Of a stretch of 64,000 nucleotides of DNA, positions 57,376-64,000 are shown piece by piece. Under the pieces are notes generated by a model. It was not told where the DNA came from. It saw only the letters and a program-made list of their open reading frames with translations, and did no database searches. The translations under genes and the position numbers were made by a program. Position 1 is the stretch's first letter. Every line of letters begins with the position of its first letter. The DNA is from Patescibacteria group bacterium. Lineage in GTDB: Bacteria; Patescibacteriota; Dojkabacteria; JAHIVN01. The DNA lies in NCBI GenBank assembly GCA_043816305.1, contig JBDRHZ010000012.1, positions 55,701-119,700 on the forward strand, read 5' to 3'.

Positions 57376-58846
57376 TCGTTACATATTTATTTGGACTCAG
57401 TAAAATCATAGGAGCTTTTGTTGATTCAGGAATATACTGCCCAAACTTTCCACATAAACCAGGTATTCCAATAGGATCGCCAAATGCCATTTCGACTGAG
57501 TGTAGTGCTTCCAGCGTAACACCGCTAAATGAAACAGGTTTTATAAGTTCAACAATGCTTTTAGTCATTTTGAAAGCCAGGGTGGCTGCAAACTGGAAGT
57601 TTCCTTTTTGGGAATCCACATTACCTCCGGATGACCCTAGTAGATATATTATCTCAGAAAAACTGTCGAAAACCCCAGCTTCCCTGAGCACTTTCTGAAT
57701 CTCCTTTGTGTTTGCTTCACGATGATCGAAGCTCAATGGAATAGTTTTATTCTTGTCTAGAATAATCTGAGTACAGCTCATGCGAGGAACAGGTATGTCT
57801 TCGTATGTTTCGCATACAGCTCCGCCCTCCAGCTGGCAGCCAGCCCTTTTTGCCGTGACGATATCACTTATTAAACTATTTAATTTACCCTTTTTTACAA
57901 TAGTAATTTTGTTTCGTTTGATTCCGTAACTGCTATAAGGATTAAAGCCGCGGTCATTCTTATCAGCATAATCTAGGATATGGATAAATGGTTTTGCTAC
58001 AACTTTGCCTTTGTCGAGCTTTTTGTTCAAAAGAAGGGGGCTGTCTTGATAAATATTGTCAGATTCAGCCGTATGGCCGAAAGCTTCATGTACAAAAACC
58101 CCTGCCATGGAACTATCAAGCAGGATTGCACGATTTGACCCGGAGACGTGGTTTGCAGCTTCTAGCTTGTCTGAGTATTGGAGCTTGTTTGCAAGCCTCT
58201 TTATATGTGCGGATTTTTCTTCACTATCATACACTAGCTCGTAGCCTTTCCCATAAGAAGATTCATAAAATTCGTTTCCTGCTTCTTTGCCGGAAGTATT
58301 GACTGTTGAAACAAGAATTGCTGCCGAAGTAGAAAAGTGCACATCTGTTCCATCTGACCGGAAAATCCTCCAATCGTTGGTACTGAAACTTGCAGTATTT
58401 GAAAGGGCATATTGGGGATACTTTCTTTGGATATTACTGTGAAACTTTAGCAGATCCTTTTCCATTTCCTTGTTTGTGATCGTAAAAGGATCGATCTCAG
58501 GTTTTTGAAAGACCTCTGCTTTAGTTGGTTCGATTTCGAATATCTCTTTTATTTTCTCGAAGTTTGACTGCTTTGAAGTTTTTGCAGAATTTATTGCAGA
58601 GTGCAGACATGCTAAAAGACGCTTTTCATCCAGAATTGTATCAACAGAAGCAAATCCAGTGTGACCGTTTTGCGTATAGGCTTGGATTCCGATGCCTGTA
58701 CTTTCGGTAAGATTAGCGTTATCGATTTTTCCGTTTTTAGCATTTATCGAACGGCTTTTGTAATCCTGAAGGCGAATTATTGTATAAATATTTTCCTTTT
58801 GAGCTTCAGAAATAAGCATTTGGGCAATTTTCTTTACGTTCTTCAT
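57368..58846 (-). CDS. tldD: TldD family metalloprotease
   Basis: GVFVHEAFGHTAESD, VPRM, GLCGK.GQ. Confidence 0.88.
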   Translation of the reverse strand: MKNVKKIAQMLISEAQKENIYTIIRLQDYKSRSINAKNGKIDNANLTESTGIGIQAYTQNGHTGFASVDTILDEKRLLACLHSAINSAKTSKQSNFEKIKEIFEIEPTKAEVFQKPEIDPFTITNKEMEKDLLKFHSNIQRKYPQYALSNTASFSTNDWRIFRSDGTDVHFSTSAAILVSTVNTSGKEAGNEFYESSYGKGYELVYDSEEKSAHIKRLANKLQYSDKLEAANHVSGSNRAILLDSSMAGVFVHEAFGHTAESDNIYQDSPLLLNKKLDKGKVVAKPFIHILDYADKNDRGFNPYSSYGIKRNKITIVKKGKLNSLISDIVTAKRAGCQLEGGAVCETYEDIPVPRMSCTQIILDKNKTIPLSFDHREANTKEIQKVLREAGVFDSFSEIIYLLGSSGGNVDSQKGNFQFAATLAFKMTKSIVELIKPVSFSGVTLEALHSVEMAFGDPIGIPGLCGKFGQYIPESTKAPMILLSPNKYVTIG

Positions 58847-58875
58847 ATGAAATGAAGTATATTATAAAAGAAGGA

Positions 58876-58931
58876 AATAGTTAATAGCGGATAGCAGACA
58901 TCAAATAGCAAATAGCGAACAGCTAACAGCT
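58876..58931. repeat. Degenerate heptamer tandem repeat
   Basis: aatagtt aatagcg gatagca gacatca aatagca aatagcg aacagct aacagct. Confidence 0.7.
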
Positions 58932-59084
58932 AATACTTCGACCATGCCAAGGGGCAAGCAAGCAAGCTCAGGGCAGGAACGGCGGTTTATAGTTTACTGA
59001 AACAAACAGCAAGCTATTTCCTGGTGCTGGAACGTTGAATATGATATATTAATACATATAGTATTAAATCTTAGTCATTAGTTC

Positions 59085-59693
59085 ATGAGCGAAAAAATAA
59101 TCGGAAAACAAATAAGAAAGGCAAGAATGGAGAGACAGCTTACTCAAAGTGATCTTGGAAAGAAGATAGGTGTCACCTGGGAGATGATATCCAGGTATGA
59201 AAACGGTAAAAGCAGTTCTAGAAAAAACCTTGAGAAAATCGCAAAAGTGCTTTCAAAGCCTATCCAATTTTTCTTCGGAGTAGAGGAGGCTCCCATCACT
59301 GATGAGATAGCCAGGCTTTCGAACCTTCTCGAGAGCAAAAGAAGCGAATTGATAAGAAATACGGATGTGCCTCTTTTAGAATCTCTAGGCGAATTTAGTC
59401 TCGATGATGCTGTGAAGCTGACGCATCAAAGGTACACTTGTCCTAGCTGGATACGAAGTTCGTTTCGGGATATCTTTGCATTCAAGCTGGATGAGGTCGA
59501 ATCTGATGTTGTTTCTGCAGGAGTTAATGATATTGGTTTTTTCACCTCGGCTCTGGGCCCATTATCTGGAAGTTATATTCTACTTACTCGCAACGGACGT
59601 TTGAGTATAGAGAAGTATTCCAAAGGTCTAGAAGGTAAGGTCATTGGTACTTTGCTTGCTATCGAGAGAAGATACATTAAGCTGCAAGTCTAA
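59085..59693 (+). CDS. XRE regulator with degenerate S24-like C-terminus
   Basis: LTQSDLGKKIGVTWEMISRYENG; C-terminal VIGTLLAIER. Confidence 0.8.
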   Translation: MSEKIIGKQIRKARMERQLTQSDLGKKIGVTWEMISRYENGKSSSRKNLEKIAKVLSKPIQFFFGVEEAPITDEIARLSNLLESKRSELIRNTDVPLLESLGEFSLDDAVKLTHQRYTCPSWIRSSFRDIFAFKLDEVESDVVSAGVNDIGFFTSALGPLSGSYILLTRNGRLSIEKYSKGLEGKVIGTLLAIERRYIKLQV

Positions 59694-60180
59694 GCTTTTT
59701 ACTAAAAGTACCTAGAGTTAATAACTCCAAGAAGGAACCGGCCTCTCCTATATACAGCAAAGTATCAATTTTAGTTACAAAATCTGCAATTGTATTTGTA
59801 AGCAGGCCTCCCTTATATTTTGAAAGCAGATATGGGATTATACCGTCTCGTATAGTATCTTTGAAGTGCTCATAGGAAAGCATTCCTAATTGCTCGAAAT
59901 TTAAGCTTTGTAAAAATGCTCCAATAATCGCACGTTCAAGCAGTTTAGGATTTCTGGCCCTTGCATTACTTAAGACGGTCAGGTCCCCAATTCTATAGCG
60001 ATATGTTGCAGTTGAATGAAGTTGGCTGGCTGGAGTTACTTTCACATATCCTTTCCCTTGGACTGCAATTTCTACAGATAAGTTCTGCATTACTAGGGCT
60101 ATCCCGGTGTGAAATTTAGCAGATGAGAACCAGAGAGGTATAGCATCACTTTCATGAACCTCAGAATCTTCTTGAGGCAT
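59677..60180 (-). CDS. Hypothetical protein
   Basis: 167-aa ORF directly after trxB. Confidence 0.5.
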   Translation of the reverse strand: MPQEDSEVHESDAIPLWFSSAKFHTGIALVMQNLSVEIAVQGKGYVKVTPASQLHSTATYRYRIGDLTVLSNARARNPKLLERAIIGAFLQSLNFEQLGMLSYEHFKDTIRDGIIPYLLSKYKGGLLTNTIADFVTKIDTLLYIGEAGSFLELLTLGTFSKKLRLAA

Positions 60181-60190
60181 ATAATGAGTA

Positions 60191-61195
60191 CTAACTTGTT
60201 AAATATTTCTCAGCTTCAAGCGCAGCAGCTACTCCCATACCCATAGCAGTCGTTGCCTGTCGGTATATGTAGTCAATCACATCTCCTGCGGCGAAGATTC
60301 CGGGAATAGTTGTCTGGTATTTATAAGTGAAATCAAATTTGGAACTATCAAGTCCAAGGTTTACATTCTTATTCTTCTCCCAGAGATAAGATTCTGAAGT
60401 GTATATGTATCCTGTCGGACTCAATTCGATACAGCTGCCTTTGAGGAAATCCGTATCAGGTTTATGACCTATGGCGATAAAGAGGCCGTCAATGTCCAGT
60501 TTTGCAGGAACGTCAGTACCTTTCTCAGTTGCATTTTCGGACTTCAATAGTAAAATCCCTTCTACTTTTTCTGTCCCGAGGACTTCTTTTACTTCCGCAT
60601 TCCATACAGGTTCGATTTTTGAATGATTTAAAACCCTGTCCTGCATGATCTTTGATGCTCGGAACTGGTCACGTCTATGAATGATGTAAACTTTTGATGC
60701 AAATTTTATAAGCGAGAGTGCTTCTTCCAGCGCAGCTTCTCCTCCGCCGACTACGGCAACAACCTTGTCTTTGTAGAAAAATCCGTCGCAGTTTGCGCAG
60801 GCAGATACTCCTTTCCCGCGCAGCCGTGTCTCCGACTCCAGCCCCAGCCACATCGCTTTTGCTCCAGTTGCGATGATAATAGACTTAGTCTCGGATGTTT
60901 TTCCACTTTCAAGTATTACCTTGTAAGGCTGTGAACTACATTCAAGTCCGGAGACTGTATCATCGATTACTTTTGCCCCGAGATCCTCCGCTTGCTTTCG
61001 AATGTTTGCCATAAGCTGTGCTCCAATGATTGATTTGATGCCAGGGAAGTTCTCAACTTCGGATGTCAGCATCAGCTGTCCACCTGGTGCTGAGCCTGCT
61101 ATTACCAAAGGATTTAAGCCAGCCCTAGCTGTATAAATTGCTGCTGCCAGACCTGCCGGCCCGCTGCCGATAATGATGACGTTTTCTGGTTTCAT
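60191..61195 (-). CDS. trxB: Thioredoxin-disulfide reductase
   Basis: GSGPAG, VENFPG, SACANCDG, GIFAAGD, YRQA. Confidence 0.96.
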   Translation of the reverse strand: MKPENVIIIGSGPAGLAAAIYTARAGLNPLVIAGSAPGGQLMLTSEVENFPGIKSIIGAQLMANIRKQAEDLGAKVIDDTVSGLECSSQPYKVILESGKTSETKSIIIATGAKAMWLGLESETRLRGKGVSACANCDGFFYKDKVVAVVGGGEAALEEALSLIKFASKVYIIHRRDQFRASKIMQDRVLNHSKIEPVWNAEVKEVLGTEKVEGILLLKSENATEKGTDVPAKLDIDGLFIAIGHKPDTDFLKGSCIELSPTGYIYTSESYLWEKNKNVNLGLDSSKFDFTYKYQTTIPGIFAAGDVIDYIYRQATTAMGMGVAAALEAEKYLTS

Positions 61196-61291
61196 GTAAG
61201 ATTAGAAGTTAATCTTAAATACTTCTTGAATTTTAGTTGAATATAGTGAGGAATGCAAAGACCGGGCAATGGTCCCTGCTACTGAATACTG

Positions 61292-62446
61292 CTACCTCTC
61301 TTCCGGAACAACGGCTTCAAGTCGCTGCTTCTCAACAATCTTTACTCCAGCTGCAACTCCCATTCCGATCAGGGTGATTATTCCGATCAGAAGCAGCATT
61401 TTCCCAAGGCTGTTCTCAGGCGGCATTACATCATTTTGTTGAAGAGGATAGGTATTGAATTGCTCTTCGGAAACTGCCTGATAAGTTGAAAACGATGTTA
61501 CATCAAATTCCAAAGTACCTTTTTTCTCTGAGGTTGAGTAGGTATAAACTATATTGCTTACTTCCCCATTTGTCACCAGTTTCCCATCTTTTAGGATAAG
61601 CGGTGTCGTATCATAAGGAAGTCCGTACATGGTTATATGAGCCGGCTCGTCAAGAAAATCCAGATATTCTGAATCAATACTTACTTTACCAGTTGTGTCA
61701 AAGTCTATATACGCATCCAGTTTATTCAATTTCTGGATTCTCTCTTGAAAGGATAGATTCAGCTTATTCTGAAAGATAACTTTGTTTTTCTCTGTAACTT
61801 CAAGTGTGAAATTCTCCACGTTTTTCAGTTGTTTCTGTGTCATTTTATCAAGTCTTGTCGTATTTGAATTCTGTGCAAGATATCTTTCGTGAATTTGAAT
61901 TTTCAATTCGGTATTTTCTCCTTGGTTTTGTGTCTCAGTCTCATTTTGAACTAGTTCTTGATTTCCGGAATTGTTTGAATCCGCTGCCTTTATGACAAGC
62001 GGAGCTATGACTTGTGTGGGATGATCCAAAGTAGAGGAATCGTTTTTATCTAGCCAAGTAACAACACTAAAATCTCCGAAGTACCCCAACGGAGCATTTT
62101 CGCTGATTTTATAGGTTTTGGTGTAACTAAATGTTTTATGGTTTACCATAGATGGTACTGGAACAATCCAATCTTCAGATGGCTCAAGGTACTGTTTGTA
62201 TGAGCCAGACTGGATCTCAACGCCTGGATTTGTGAGCTGGTAGTCTTTTGCGGAATATTCTTCTTTGTAAGTACAATTGCTTACTAGGACTGTCAGTTTT
62301 ACGGAATCACCACGAGTTACTTCGGCCGGAGAGTAGCTCAGTTCTGCATACATCTTTTGTCCATAGCATTCCTGTGCCTCTACTTTGTATGTCCACGTGA
62401 GACACATTGTAGAAGTAAGCATGAGTGAGACGATAAGTTTTTTCAT
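61292..62446 (-). CDS. Exported hypothetical protein with C-terminal TM
   Basis: Signal peptide, FDVTSFSTY, C-terminal anchor. Confidence 0.65.
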   Translation of the reverse strand: MKKLIVSLMLTSTMCLTWTYKVEAQECYGQKMYAELSYSPAEVTRGDSVKLTVLVSNCTYKEEYSAKDYQLTNPGVEIQSGSYKQYLEPSEDWIVPVPSMVNHKTFSYTKTYKISENAPLGYFGDFSVVTWLDKNDSSTLDHPTQVIAPLVIKAADSNNSGNQELVQNETETQNQGENTELKIQIHERYLAQNSNTTRLDKMTQKQLKNVENFTLEVTEKNKVIFQNKLNLSFQERIQKLNKLDAYIDFDTTGKVSIDSEYLDFLDEPAHITMYGLPYDTTPLILKDGKLVTNGEVSNIVYTYSTSEKKGTLEFDVTSFSTYQAVSEEQFNTYPLQQNDVMPPENSLGKMLLLIGIITLIGMGVAAGVKIVEKQRLEAVVPEER

Positions 62447-62476
62447 TTAGAATGATTAAGTAATTTAAATAAAGAA

Positions 62477-63055
62477 CTAATCAAAGAGCAATTTGTTAAT
62501 ACCAGATAGATATTTCTTATCATAGTAAGCACTTAGAAACTCATACATCAAGCTTTGTGGGTCGTATTGCCTATTGTAGACTAGGGCTAGAAGTTTGTCC
62601 AATGTTAATTTGTGAATACAGATACTTTCACCAGAATCAGTTCTTGGTTTAACTTTCCTAGTGCAATTTTTTGCAATAAAAGCATATACGAAATATTCCA
62701 TTTTAGAAGCCGGCTGGAAAGTCTTCCACAATTCGATTTTCTCTGGAACAAAGCCAGTTTCTTCTCGAAGTTCTCTGAGAGAAGCATTCTTAGGTGACTC
62801 TCCATCATTCACGCGGCCTCCAGGAAAGGAGTAAAAGGGATGTTTGTTTGGCTGCTTCTGTTCTAGGAATAGTATTTTCTTATCAGTGGTTGTAGGGATG
62901 ACTATGACAGAATTTTTTCTCTTCAACATCTCAAAAGTAGAATATGATCCGTCATACAAACGCTGCTGCCAGTGGTAGACATCAAATAAAATTCCTTTGA
63001 AAACCTTTTTCGCACTTTCAGGCATATTCGATTTTCTCTGAATGATATTTTTCAC
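62477..63055 (-). CDS. NUDIX hydrolase (ADP-ribose pyrophosphatase-like)
   Basis: Nudix box GGRVNDGESPKNASLRELREETG. Confidence 0.9.
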   Translation of the reverse strand: MKNIIQRKSNMPESAKKVFKGILFDVYHWQQRLYDGSYSTFEMLKRKNSVIVIPTTTDKKILFLEQKQPNKHPFYSFPGGRVNDGESPKNASLRELREETGFVPEKIELWKTFQPASKMEYFVYAFIAKNCTRKVKPRTDSGESICIHKLTLDKLLALVYNRQYDPQSLMYEFLSAYYDKKYLSGINKLLFD

Positions 63056-63321
63056 CTTTTTACGACTTCTATTACTACATTATAGAGACAAAGAGTGGGG
63101 ATAACAAGAAGGAACAGCATATAGCGTACGGTATATAGCTTACAGCATACGGAATACAGGCATCTGTTTAGAGTTTTCTCATATTTATGAAATGCAGTTT
63201 TTTTTAAGCTGTGAGACGTATTGTTTTCTGATCTAGTTCAAAAATTGTGATCGATAATAATTGACTTGTATAGATCAGGTCCCTATATTATATTACATTA
63301 AATTCGATACGAAAAGAGTTT

Positions 63322-64000
63322 ATGACTCACATAAAACAGATAGTCAAGCTTTGTGTTGGAATCCTTGGGTTCCTATGTGCTATTGGATGCATAGCTGTTT
63401 CTATTGAGAACGATGAAGTTCTTGCTAGTTCGGAGATTACGCTGGTTCCTATAGCCGATGCTATGGTTCGAGAAGATTATCCGGATAGAAATTACGGAGT
63501 TTGGAGTGATATGACCATTGGGAGAAGCTGGAACATGGGAAATTACTTTTCGAACTCATTCGCATATATCAAATTTGACTTGAGCCCGCTAAATTCTCAA
63601 GTTGTAGTCGAGTCAGCATATCTCGATGTATACCACTATGTAAGAAGCGACTATGCTTCTGGAGATTATGTTGTCAATGTAGCTAAGGCAAACGGAAGCT
63701 GGGGAGAAACAGAGATTACTTGGAATAATAAGCCTTCGTTTTCCGGTATATATTCAAGCAATGTAATAAGCGGGTACGGGGGCCAATGGTTTAATCCACC
63801 GCAGAAGTATACATTTGATGTGACACAGCTGGTGCAAAAATGGGCCTCTGAAAGTTCAAATCAAGGTATGGTTCTTTACAAAGACAGTGGAAACTATGGG
63901 GGTTTTTGGTGCAGCAGGAATTATAATGACAGCACTTGCTTTGCATCTACACGGCCGAGACTCCGGATTACCTATTCCCAAAATTTCCCGCCAAACATCC
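63322..64000 (+). CDS. DNRLRE/CBM96-like exported protein (runs off the window end)
   Basis: Manually translated: signal peptide, PIADAMVREDYPDRNYG, YIKFDLS, WGETEITWNNKP, FDVTQLVQKW. Confidence 0.8.
   Translation, partial: MTHIKQIVKLCVGILGFLCAIGCIAVSIENDEVLASSEITLVPIADAMVREDYPDRNYGVWSDMTIGRSWNMGNYFSNSFAYIKFDLSPLNSQVVVESAYLDVYHYVRSDYASGDYVVNVAKANGSWGETEITWNNKPSFSGIYSSNVISGYGGQWFNPPQKYTFDVTQLVQKWASESSNQGMVLYKDSGNYGGFWCSRNYNDSTCFASTRPRLRITYSQNFPPNI

Noticed and set aside
1-64000. Stop-codon recoding (code 25 or 15)
   Set aside because: Conserved genes are full length in code 11, and both TGA and TAG end intact genes.

Overview
Bacterial chromosome window (genetic code 11). The gene content suggests a Patescibacteria/CPR organism, which is an inference. 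The main structure is a tandem pair of genomic islands at the 3' end of tRNA-Ser(GGA) (40061-40150, minus strand). The first is a ~30.3 kb integrative conjugative element (9764-40066). It carries a large serine recombinase, a CI/Cro switch with three operators, a minimal Gram-positive-type T4SS (VirB2/B3/B4/B6/D4-like genes plus a wall hydrolase), a Replic_Relax relaxase and an iteron-containing HTH initiator. It also encodes its own sortase with a 1384-aa DUF11 adhesin, and defence cargo: a C-M-R-R-M restriction-modification operon, a DUF262 remnant and an XRE-Mrr-STAND protein with its own operator. The second island is a 2.3 kb recombinase-less unit (7484-9772) with two HEPN-like genes. The most notable feature is that attP lies inside the recombinase gene. 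When integrated, the recombinase C-terminus is read from the antisense tRNA. On excision it would gain a different tail (WRGAWDKART..), and two homologous copies of that tail sit at the left junctions. Both islands carry a small RKVFEPRY protein, a candidate directionality factor. The flanks hold ordinary host genes (rnhA, LCP, trxB, tldD/pmbA, RecD-like helicase), tRNA-Gln(CTG) and many short intergenic palindromes and heptamer repeats.
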